Assembly (NCBI GenBank): GCA_965248435.1 | Contig: OZ252100.1 | Location: forward strand, 4,736,001-4,800,000 | DNA: 64,000 nucleotides | Direction: 5' to 3' | DNA from: Candidatus Latescibacterota bacterium | GTDB taxonomy: Bacteria; Latescibacterota; UBA2968; GCA-2709665 | In this document: positions 56,128 through 64,000 of the stretch, in pieces | How positions within the stretch are numbered: position 1 is the first letter of the stretch | Layout of the letters: each line of letters starts with the position of its first letter | Notes under the pieces: generated by a model | Databases searched by the model: none | What the model was told of the DNA's origin: nothing | Seen by the model: only the letters and a program-made list of their open reading frames with translations | Program-made: the position numbers and the translations under genes

Positions 56128-56877
56128 TCAATAGGTGGCCCGGCCTCCGCTGATGTCATAACACTGTCCGGTTGTAAAGGAGGCATCGTCGGAAACGAGA
56201 AAGTGAATCAGGGCAGCGACTTCTTCCTTCTTCCCAAGGCGACCCATCGGGATCTTTGAGATCAGAAAATCCCTCCGTTCCTGATTCAAGCTCTCGGTGA
56301 GCGGCGTCTCGATGAGTGCCGGAGCCACACAGTTGACCCGGATGCCGAAGGGGAGCACTTCCTTTGCGAGGGCCTTGGTGAAACAGATGACACCCGCCTT
56401 GGAGACCGAATAAGGCACCATGTTCGCGTTCCCCTCTTTCCCGGATATCGAGGCCATGGACGCGATCGCGCCCTTTTTCTGTTCGATCATGTGGCGTACG
56501 ACGGCACGGGAGCATAAGAAAACCCCCTTCAGGTTTATGTCCAGGACGCGATTCCAATCTTCTTCCTGAAGCTCCCAAACAGGCGCGTCTACCCCGATAA
56601 TACCGGCATTGTTGACCAGGATGTCGACCCGACTCCACCGGTCCACAAGGTCCGCGACAAAGCGATCTACCTCCACGCTCGAAGCAACGTCCGCAATGAT
56701 CGGCAGTGCGGACTCCCCGATCCCCACGGCAGCGGCCTCCGCGGCACTCGCATCGATATCCACGACAGCCACTCGGGCTCCCGCGTTCGAGAGACGTTGA
56801 GCGATGGTCAGCCCGATCCCTTGACCAGCGCCCGTCACGATCGCCGTGCGACCGCTAAGATTTCCTTCTGACGACAT
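56128..56877 (-). CDS. short-chain dehydrogenase/reductase (FabG-like)
   Basis: TGAGQGIG, DILVNNAG, YSVSK (YxxxK), IRVNCVAP, IPMGRLG, DISGG. Confidence 0.93.
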   Translation of the reverse strand: MSSEGNLSGRTAIVTGAGQGIGLTIAQRLSNAGARVAVVDIDASAAEAAAVGIGESALPIIADVASSVEVDRFVADLVDRWSRVDILVNNAGIIGVDAPVWELQEEDWNRVLDINLKGVFLCSRAVVRHMIEQKKGAIASMASISGKEGNANMVPYSVSKAGVICFTKALAKEVLPFGIRVNCVAPALIETPLTESLNQERRDFLISKIPMGRLGKKEEVAALIHFLVSDDASFTTGQCYDISGGRATY

Positions 56878-56927
56878 TCGAGATCCTCCACGTTTGAAGG
56901 CAGGATTGAGGACTGCGGTGCCGACTG

Positions 56928-58040
56928 TCAGACTTTCGAGAGATCCGGCTCGAGCAGGAAGTCGGCCAACTTTCTTCCCGAACGAGAAAAGGCATATTCA
57001 GCGAGTTCTTCGGGCAGCACCCAACGCACGTCCTCACAGCCGAGAGGCCGTGTCCTTCCGCGTTGGTAGGTGCACTGGAAGGCGTGCATCGTCACACTGA
57101 AATGGGTAAAGGCCTGTTTTATCTTGCGAAAACGGCTCTTGATCTCTGCCTCTACGCCGGTCGCTTCGCGAATCGCACGAAGGCAACAGGATTTCAGACT
57201 CTCGCGGGCCTTCTGCCGTGCGGAGGGAAACTCCCAGAGCCCTCCCAGCAGACCATCTTCCGGGCGACGGGCAATCAAGACCTTTCCCCGGCGCCAGACG
57301 ATGCCCACGCCCGAAGTATGATGGGGACGGATCTTCCTGTTCTGCTTTCTGGGAAAGGAAACCGGATTACCCGACCGAAAGGCAACACAATTTCTGGTGA
57401 GCGGGCAGTGGGTACAGTCCGGAGATTTCGGTCGGCAAACTGTCGCCCCCAGTTCCATCAATGCCTGGTTGAATGCGCCCGCCTTTCCGGATGGCAGCAG
57501 CGACTCCGCGAGTCCCCAAAGTTCCTTCTCCACACTCTCAGAAATTCCAAAAATCCGGCACAGGACACGCTTCACGTTTCCGTCGACAACGGCGTGGTCT
57601 GCGTTGAAAGCGATACTCAGCACCGCGGCTGTCGTGTATGGTCCGAAGCCCGGCAGGCTAGACAGATTGTCGTAGGCCTCTGGAACGCATCCGCCGAACC
57701 GTTCCACAATCTGCTTCGCCGAGCGATGAAGGTTGCGGGCCCTCGCGTAGTAACCCAGGCCCTCCCAGGATTTCAGGATGTCTGACTGAGTAGCGGCGGC
57801 GAGGGTCTGGACGTTGGGGAACCGACTCAAAAAGCGATGGTAGTAGGGAATGACGGTTTCCACCTGGGTTTGCTGAAGCATGAACTCGGCGATCAGGATG
57901 CAGTAGGGGTCGGAGGTGCGCCGCCAGGGCAGATCACGCCCGTTTCCACGGTACCAGCGCAAGAGGCTTCTCCGAATGGCGGTCCGTTTCCCTGATTCCA
58001 GCCGGATCTTCGATCCCAAGACGAGTCCCCTCCGTCTCAA
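56928..58040 (-). CDS. mutY: A/G-specific adenine glycosylase
   Basis: RDLPWR, EFMLQQTQV, WEGLGYYARARNLH, LPGFGPYT, VDGNV, CRPKSPDCTHCPL (Fe-S cluster), NUDIX-like C-terminus GGLWEFP. Confidence 0.95.
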   Translation of the reverse strand: MRRRGLVLGSKIRLESGKRTAIRRSLLRWYRGNGRDLPWRRTSDPYCILIAEFMLQQTQVETVIPYYHRFLSRFPNVQTLAAATQSDILKSWEGLGYYARARNLHRSAKQIVERFGGCVPEAYDNLSSLPGFGPYTTAAVLSIAFNADHAVVDGNVKRVLCRIFGISESVEKELWGLAESLLPSGKAGAFNQALMELGATVCRPKSPDCTHCPLTRNCVAFRSGNPVSFPRKQNRKIRPHHTSGVGIVWRRGKVLIARRPEDGLLGGLWEFPSARQKARESLKSCCLRAIREATGVEAEIKSRFRKIKQAFTHFSVTMHAFQCTYQRGRTRPLGCEDVRWVLPEELAEYAFSRSGRKLADFLLEPDLSKV

Positions 58041-60232
58041 TCTGAGGTGAGGGAGGCCAGGCGTTCCTTCAGGAGGTTCAGGGCGCGTGGATCACCCTTC
58101 CAGTTGTCGATGAAGGATCTGTAGGTGGCGGCTGCGCTTTCCCGATCGCCTCTAAGTGAGTAGAGATCTCCGAGGCTCACCGCGGCAACAAGGTAGCCTG
58201 GGTCCTGCTCCAACGCCAGCGTGAAGAGTTGGACCGCGAGGTCCAGACGCCGCTGGGCCAGGTGAAGCAGGCCCACTTTGTGCATCGCCCTCGAGTTTTG
58301 AGGATCGTCGTGAAGGAGAATCGTGTACTGCGCGATCGCCCTCTCTGTGTCACCAGAGGCTTCATATGCGGCGGCAAGAGCGTAGCGGAACTCCTTGCGA
58401 TCCGGGTCTCTTCGGACGCCCTGTTCGAAGGCCAAAATGGCCTCTTCGAACCTCTGCATTCCCTGGTAGGCCATGCCGGTGTGGTAAAGGCTTTCTACGT
58501 GCTTCGGATTCAACCGCCGGAGTCTGTCGAGGGTCTCAAGAGATTTGTCGAACGCTCCCACGGCGTTGAACACCATACCGAGGTTGTTGAGTGCATTGAT
58601 GAAGTGAGGATGGTAGTCCAGGCATGCCACGTTGTCCGAAATCGCGCTGGCGTGATCTCCGGTGTAGAAGTGTGCGACCCCGCGCAAGACGAGGACCTGG
58701 GGGTCGAAAACGCCGTGATGCAACGCGGAAGTAGATTCTCTGATGACACCGTTCCAGTCCAGCCGATTCACGTAGGCGTCCGCCCTGGCGTGATGCCCAT
58801 CGAATGCGACTGCGCGTCCGGTCATCCAGACGCAGAGCGGCATCAGGAGAATCCCGCAGATGGCAGTTGCCTTCAAATGTCCAGAGTGCACGCTTCGCCG
58901 CGGTCGAGTTTGGGCATCCAGGACAGCGATGAAGGCCAAAACGATCCAGAAGAGCATGGACGGTGAGATCCGTTCCCTTGGGAAACTTACGAAGGCGTGA
59001 CTCATCAACGCGAGAAGAGAGACGCAGAGGAAGACAGGGACCCAAAACGCGAATCGTGCCTTTGCCTGGACCGCAAGCTTCAGGCTGGTGAAGACGCCTG
59101 TGCCGATGAGCCATAGAAAGACGAAGAGACCCAGAAGTCCCAACTCGGAGGCGATCCACAGGTAGTCGTTATGAGGCCGCCGGGGTGTGGCGCCCTTCCA
59201 GACCACCTGACCCTGATCATACAGCGGGTAGTTGAACTGCCAGTTTCCGATGCCGACACCGGCGGGATGATCGCCCACCATCTCGACTGTATTGCGCCAG
59301 AGATTCAGGCGGTGTTTGTCGCTGCCCTTTTCGAACATCGAGGTCACACTCTCCGCAACGCCGACCTTTTCCGGGCTGTGTCGCTCATATCCGAACTCAC
59401 CCATGGAAGGGGGAACGAGCCAGGAGAATCCGAGGACCAGGAACAGACCCGCGACGGCGACTGCCGACTTCTCTCGTGACCAGAGAGGAGAGTCGCTCCT
59501 TGCTGATGGGTAACGGTTCGACAGCTTGAGTCCAACCGCGAAGAGAACCCCGAGAACGCAGGCCAGGAGGAGTCCGATCCAGGCGCCTCTTGTTCGTGTG
59601 GCGGTCAAGAACGTGAGCATCAGGGCGAGCGCCAGGCCCCAACAGCAGCTCTCCGATGTCGAGCGGGCGCGCAGAAACAGGAGGGCCCCCAACGGGATGG
59701 AGATGATCATCACCATGGCGGCGAAGTTGCGGTAGCCCAGTGTCGCACTGGGAAGGCCCGACGATGGGACCTCCAGGAATCCCCAGCCCGCGTACTGCAT
59801 CAATCCTATCCAGGCCACGATTGCAGCTGGAGCGACGACGGCCCAGAGGTAGCTGAAGAGGTCCCCGCCCGTAACGCGGTTCAGAATCGCCAGGAACAAA
59901 AGGCTGAGGGTGACCTGATGAGAGAGCTGGAGCAGGGCCTCCACACGATTGACTGCCAGGCTGATCGACAGGATAGCGAGGACCAGATAGAGGACGACGG
60001 GAAGGACGAAGGGCGAGCTGGGCAAGGAATGCCGTTGTCGCGGAAGAGAGGTGATCCAGAGGCAGAACACGCCGGCCTGCAGGACGAGCAGCTTCGGGTA
60101 GTATGCAACGAAGGCCGTTTCCCTCAGAAAGTCAAAGCGTAGCAGATCGACCAGAGGAACGAGCGCGACCATCGCCAGGAAACAGAGGTGGAATGGCCCA
60201 TGGAAATGGAAAGGACCGCCGCCTTTTGCCAA
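58037..60232 (-). CDS. second O-antigen ligase (Wzy_C)-like membrane protein with TPRs
   Basis: TLGYRNF, TRTRGAWIG, RLNLW, GVGIGNW, PHNDYLWIASELGLLG, TPR tail. Confidence 0.87.
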   Translation of the reverse strand: MAKGGGPFHFHGPFHLCFLAMVALVPLVDLLRFDFLRETAFVAYYPKLLVLQAGVFCLWITSLPRQRHSLPSSPFVLPVVLYLVLAILSISLAVNRVEALLQLSHQVTLSLLFLAILNRVTGGDLFSYLWAVVAPAAIVAWIGLMQYAGWGFLEVPSSGLPSATLGYRNFAAMVMIISIPLGALLFLRARSTSESCCWGLALALMLTFLTATRTRGAWIGLLLACVLGVLFAVGLKLSNRYPSARSDSPLWSREKSAVAVAGLFLVLGFSWLVPPSMGEFGYERHSPEKVGVAESVTSMFEKGSDKHRLNLWRNTVEMVGDHPAGVGIGNWQFNYPLYDQGQVVWKGATPRRPHNDYLWIASELGLLGLFVFLWLIGTGVFTSLKLAVQAKARFAFWVPVFLCVSLLALMSHAFVSFPRERISPSMLFWIVLAFIAVLDAQTRPRRSVHSGHLKATAICGILLMPLCVWMTGRAVAFDGHHARADAYVNRLDWNGVIRESTSALHHGVFDPQVLVLRGVAHFYTGDHASAISDNVACLDYHPHFINALNNLGMVFNAVGAFDKSLETLDRLRRLNPKHVESLYHTGMAYQGMQRFEEAILAFEQGVRRDPDRKEFRYALAAAYEASGDTERAIAQYTILLHDDPQNSRAMHKVGLLHLAQRRLDLAVQLFTLALEQDPGYLVAAVSLGDLYSLRGDRESAAATYRSFIDNWKGDPRALNLLKERLASLTSD

Positions 60233-60244
60233 CCATCTTGGTGC

Positions 60245-60574
60245 CTACGCCTTCTGCCGTCTGGATTCAGCGATTTCGTTGGCGTGTCGTGTAACGACCT
60301 CTTTAGGACTGGAGCGGATCAGGGTCCTCAAGGCAAGCAGGAAGATGATGATGTCTTCACCGAAACCGAGGTGGAGGACAAAGGCCTCAGGGATCAGGTC
60401 GAGCGGGGAGGCAGCATAGAGGACCGCCCCAACGACGATCAGTTTGAGGTACCGGGGGACGCCGGGGTCCTTCATCAGGCGCCAGGAGAGCCTGATATAC
60501 TGCGGCAGGCGAAGGATGATAGAGAGGAAATCACGGAAATTTCTTATCGCCTGCTGGAGGAGGAAGGGTCTCAC
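60245..60574 (-). CDS. YkvA / DUF1232 family membrane protein
   Basis: Probable GTG 60574 overlapping the upstream stop as GTGA. LMKDPGVP..K..YAASPLDLIPE..GFGEDI. Confidence 0.82.
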   Translation of the reverse strand: MRPFLLQQAIRNFRDFLSIILRLPQYIRLSWRLMKDPGVPRYLKLIVVGAVLYAASPLDLIPEAFVLHLGFGEDIIIFLLALRTLIRSSPKEVVTRHANEIAESRRQKA

Positions 60575-62211
60575 GGCTTCACGCTCTCCCTGACGATGTC
60601 TCGCAGTGCGCTTCGCTGCACTTTGCCTGTGGATGTCATCGGCAGCTTTTCGGGTTCGAATGGAAGCACGACGCGAGGCGCTTCGAAGGCACTCAAACCT
60701 GCAATCCGACCCTCCCTGCCGTCTTCGAGGATTCGGTCGATGATTTCCTGAGAGAGTAGCCCATCTTTGAAGATAACGACAGCACAAACCTCCTCTCCCA
60801 TCCGCCCATCTTCGATGCCGACGACATAGGCGGCCGCCAGCTCTGGAACCGATTCAACAAGGGCGTTCTCGACCGCAACGGGAGAGATATTCACGCCTCC
60901 CTTGATCAGGATCTCCTTCTTTCGGCCGTGGATGAAGTAATACCTCCGGCCGCCGATCATCCGCCAGAATCCGATGTCTCCTGTACGGAACCAGCCTTCA
61001 TCAAAGACCTCGGACGTGGCGTCGGGTTGATTGAGATACCCTCCCGACACGACGGGGCCGCGAACGCAGATTTCACCCGTCTCGCCTTCTCCCGGGTCGC
61101 CGTCGATTCGGACATTGCTGTTGCAGAGTTCCACCCCCGCAGCATTCTGTTGAAGGACTTCTCGATACGTCGGTTCCGGGAGATCGGGGGGGACGCCGGT
61201 GACTCGAAGGCTGACCTCGGTTGTCCCGTAGCCCTGGATGAGGCGGACCCCGAATTTCTCGTGAAACCTGCAGGCCGCCCCGGCAGGAACGGGGGCCGAT
61301 CCGATCATAATCTTCTTGAGTGATCTGTTCTTGTTGGAATCGAAATCGGAACGATCTGTTCGGGACAGAAGGTCCTTCATAATCGTCGGTACGATACTGC
61401 TGGCGGTGGCGCCTTCTTCGACGATGACAGGCCAGAATCTGGAAGTGCGGTATCGAGAGTTGAGGATCAGCGTCCCACCGAGCATGAACACCGTGAGGGA
61501 GAAGACGGTCGAGTTGACGTGATGCAGGGGGAGGACGAGACTGAGGCGCTCTTGCTCGTCTAATTGGAGCCAGTCGATGATGCCGTCGGCGTTGCTCGTG
61601 AGGCTCAGGCGCGTCAGCAAAACACCCTTTGGGTGCCCCGTCGTACCCGACGTGTAGAGGATGATGTTTGTTGCCTGTTCCTGATCGGCATCACCGCTCC
61701 ACTCAGGTTCCAGATCACCTGTATCGGGGCCGTTCGATTCGAACAGACGCGCTGTGGATGCCACAGGGAGTTCGGGAATTTCATCCGCGAGGGCGCTGAG
61801 GCCATCGGGCAGGGCACAGACCAGCCTGGCGCCTGAATCGCTGAGTTTGTACCGCTTTCGCTCACTGGCGTCCGTTTTGAGATCGAGGGGCACGGACGCC
61901 GCTCCGATCCGGAACAGGGCGAGCGTCAAGAGTGAGACTTCGGGGCAGTTCGGGAGCGCAAGCGCCACCCTGTCGCCCGGGCCGATATTGAACTCCTGAT
62001 GCAGGTTTGTCGCCAGCAGGGAGGTTTCGCGATCGAGTGCGGCATAGGTCGTGACCGATCGCGTATCACGATCCACGTCCCGGAAGACGATGGCCGGCTT
62101 CTCGCCGAATTTTTTCGCCTGAGCTTCGAGGAGGTGCGTGAAATTTCTCCACGGGAACCTGTAATGATGAGGTTTCCGGTCCTTCACGCACGTAAAGATG
62201 GGATTGTCCAT
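60571..62211 (-). CDS. AMP-binding acyl-CoA ligase (ANL superfamily)
   Basis: Probable ATG 62211. YTSGTTGHPKGV, LPLHHVN, GSAP, QGYGTTE, GEICVRGP, WFRTGDIG, GRKKE..GGVNISP, LPMTSTGK. Confidence 0.9.
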   Translation of the reverse strand: MDNPIFTCVKDRKPHHYRFPWRNFTHLLEAQAKKFGEKPAIVFRDVDRDTRSVTTYAALDRETSLLATNLHQEFNIGPGDRVALALPNCPEVSLLTLALFRIGAASVPLDLKTDASERKRYKLSDSGARLVCALPDGLSALADEIPELPVASTARLFESNGPDTGDLEPEWSGDADQEQATNIILYTSGTTGHPKGVLLTRLSLTSNADGIIDWLQLDEQERLSLVLPLHHVNSTVFSLTVFMLGGTLILNSRYRTSRFWPVIVEEGATASSIVPTIMKDLLSRTDRSDFDSNKNRSLKKIMIGSAPVPAGAACRFHEKFGVRLIQGYGTTEVSLRVTGVPPDLPEPTYREVLQQNAAGVELCNSNVRIDGDPGEGETGEICVRGPVVSGGYLNQPDATSEVFDEGWFRTGDIGFWRMIGGRRYYFIHGRKKEILIKGGVNISPVAVENALVESVPELAAAYVVGIEDGRMGEEVCAVVIFKDGLLSQEIIDRILEDGREGRIAGLSAFEAPRVVLPFEPEKLPMTSTGKVQRSALRDIVRESVKP

Positions 62212-62266
62212 AGCTGATGGGATAGAGGAAGGATACCGAACGGCTGCTAAGACCGAAAACCGGGGA

Positions 62267-63355
62267 TCATGTCGGCTCCCCGCACTGAGCACGGTGGCGA
62301 AGATAGTGGTCTACGAGGGACAGGGCCATCATTGCTTCGACCATGGGAACGGCCCGGGGGAGGACACAGGGGTCGTGTCTGCCCCTGCCCTTGATCGTGG
62401 CCGCATTGCCGTTGATGTCGACCGTCTCCTGCTCCTTGAGGATGGTTGCCGTCGGTTTGAAGGCGGCGCGGATCAGGATGTCCTCTCCGTTGGAGATCCC
62501 GCCCTGGATGCCACCGGAGAAGTTTGTCCGAGTACGCACCCGGTCTTCGGCCGGATAGAACGGGTCGTTGTGAGTGGAACCGGTCATTTTTACGCCGCGA
62601 AACCCCGAGCCGATCTCGAAGCCTTTGCAGGCGGGCAGAGAAAGCACGGCCTTCCCGAGGTCGGCATCCAGTTTGTCGAAGACGGGGTCGCCGAGACTGG
62701 TCGGAACATTTCGAGCGACGGCTTCGACGATTCCCCCGAGCGAGTCCCCGTCTTTTTTGGCCTTCTCGACGCGTTCGATCATCCGCTCGGCGGCCTCCTG
62801 ATCCGGGCAGCGAACAATGTTGGCCTCGATCTCTTCGGACGCGACGCTTCCGGGATCAACCTTGGCTGCAATCTCGTGTATTTGCAGGACATAGGCTAAG
62901 ATCTCCGTGCCACAGGTTTCGCGGAGGATCTTTCTGGCGATGGCGCCTGCGGCGACTCTGCCGATCGTCTCCCTGGCGCTCGCTCGTCCACCGCCCTGCC
63001 AGTTCCGGATGCCGTACTTGGCCTGGTAGGTATAGCCCGCGTGCGACGGCCGATATTTCGTAGCCATCTCTTCGTAGTCCTTCGGCCTGGCATCCTTGTT
63101 CCTAACGAGCATGGATATCGGCGTGCCGAGCGTCTTCCCCTCGAAGAGACCGGAAAGGATTTCGATTCGGTCTTCTTCCTTCCGCTGCGTAGTGATGTGG
63201 CTCTGCCCGGGCCGGCGCCGGTCCAGATCGACCTGGATTTCCTCAGCTGAGATTTCGAGGTTGGGGGGACACCCGTCGATGACGACGCCTACGCCGCCTC
63301 CGTGTGACTCGCCCCAGGTTGTAATTCGGAACAGATGCCCGAATGTGTTGCCCAT
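62267..63355 (-). CDS. aroC: chorismate synthase
   Basis: [62 protein letters not shown]. Confidence 0.98.
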   Translation of the reverse strand: MGNTFGHLFRITTWGESHGGGVGVVIDGCPPNLEISAEEIQVDLDRRRPGQSHITTQRKEEDRIEILSGLFEGKTLGTPISMLVRNKDARPKDYEEMATKYRPSHAGYTYQAKYGIRNWQGGGRASARETIGRVAAGAIARKILRETCGTEILAYVLQIHEIAAKVDPGSVASEEIEANIVRCPDQEAAERMIERVEKAKKDGDSLGGIVEAVARNVPTSLGDPVFDKLDADLGKAVLSLPACKGFEIGSGFRGVKMTGSTHNDPFYPAEDRVRTRTNFSGGIQGGISNGEDILIRAAFKPTATILKEQETVDINGNAATIKGRGRHDPCVLPRAVPMVEAMMALSLVDHYLRHRAQCGEPT

Positions 63356-63383
63356 ATATCACTCTCTCCGTGAAATCTACGGC

Positions 63384-63412
63384 AATGTACCCAATCCCGT
63401 GAGATCGGTCAA
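63384..63412 (-). promoter_or_regulatory. sigma70-type promoter for aroC
   Basis: Minus strand TTGACC, 17-nt spacer, TACATT. Confidence 0.55.
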
Positions 63413-63571
63413 GGGAAAGTCAGGTTTCGAGCGGTTTGGCGTGACGGCAACGCAACCAACTGATTTGAGATTGACCGCCTTTGTGTTATCTTGGTGCATT
63501 TCGTCGGAGCGGCGAGGGATCGTTCCGGGTAGCAAAACCATCGGAAGTCGGCCTGTTTACAGGAGCCTGAA

Positions 63572-64000
63572 ATGCTAAACTACGAGCAGCTCGGTATTAA
63601 GCCGCTGATCAACGCGGGCGGGCTGGCCACAGTCGTTGGGGGAAGCCTGATGCCCCCCGAAGTCGTGGATGCGATGCGCGAGGGGGCCGGATCTTTCGTG
63701 GACCTGAATGCGCTCTACGTGAACGCCGGGGCGTACATGGCCAGACGGATCGGGGTAGAGGCAGCGACGATCTCTTCGGGGGCGGCGAGTGGGATGCAGC
63801 TGGCGGCCGCAGCCTGTCTGGCCGGAACCGACCGGGAACGGATCAAACAGCTGCCCCACACGGAGGGCTGGAAGAACGAATTTGTGATCAGTATGGTGGA
63901 CACGCATATCTTCGTCCATCAGGGGATCGAGGCGTGCGGGGGAAAGCTGGTGCGCGCAGGCAGCACTCAGTCGGTCACGACTCGGGACATCCTGGGCTCG
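63572..64000 (+). CDS. SelA-like / DgaE-like PLP-dependent enzyme, 5' part, runs off the window
   Basis: Not in the ORF track because it has no stop in the window. AGGAG RBS, ATG 63572, MLNYEQLGIKPLINAGGLATVVGGSLMPPEVVDAM..FVDL..EAATISSGAASGM..AACLAG. Confidence 0.8.
   Translation, partial: MLNYEQLGIKPLINAGGLATVVGGSLMPPEVVDAMREGAGSFVDLNALYVNAGAYMARRIGVEAATISSGAASGMQLAAAACLAGTDRERIKQLPHTEGWKNEFVISMVDTHIFVHQGIEACGGKLVRAGSTQSVTTRDILGS

Noticed and set aside
63572-64000. Calling the terminal gene selA (true selenocysteine synthase)
   Set aside because: It lacks the long N-terminal domain of bona fide SelA and resembles SelA-like/DgaE lyases, so it is not evidence for the Sec machinery.

Overview
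A GC-rich bacterial chromosomal segment using code 11. It has about 50 CDS and no rRNA, tRNA, CRISPR array, transposase or phage genes that I can see. The dockerin-like C-terminal EF-hand motif and the gene content suggest an FCB-group uncultured lineage such as Latescibacterota, but this is inference only. In order, the window holds: (1) recD2, an orphan gene and a GAF/HD-GYP phosphodiesterase. (2) A tightly coupled minus-strand run lepA-lepB-hemW-thrB-wza-wzz-[~1560-aa secreted NHL/FG-GAP protein]-tsaC. (3) An OSBS/NAAAR enzyme. (4) A ~9.5-kb signalling cluster with no flagellar structural genes in the window: PilZ, a stand-alone receiver, FapA/DUF342, HD-GYP, an orphan helical protein, a PAS hybrid kinase and an orphan membrane protein, with sigma54-type promoters. 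(5) A PPase-like/SolA/epimerase trio. (6) lon, preceded by a sigma54/IHF/enhancer-like promoter architecture. (7) A SelW/Rdx selenoprotein with an in-frame TGA and a SECIS-like hairpin, missing from the ORF track. (8) M32 carboxypeptidase, nucleoside hydrolase, NTP-transferase and MetE-like genes. (9) rsgA, rmlA-like and mscS. (10) A cell-envelope glycan locus: GT2, GT4, epimerase, WecA-like, LolC/E, a Thr-type sulfatase-VanZ fusion, a GQG-repeat protein, a HEAT protein and two O-antigen-ligase/TPR proteins. (11) SDR, mutY, YkvA, an acyl-CoA ligase, aroC and the 5' part of a SelA-like PLP enzyme. All calls come from recognising motifs by eye; no database searches were run.
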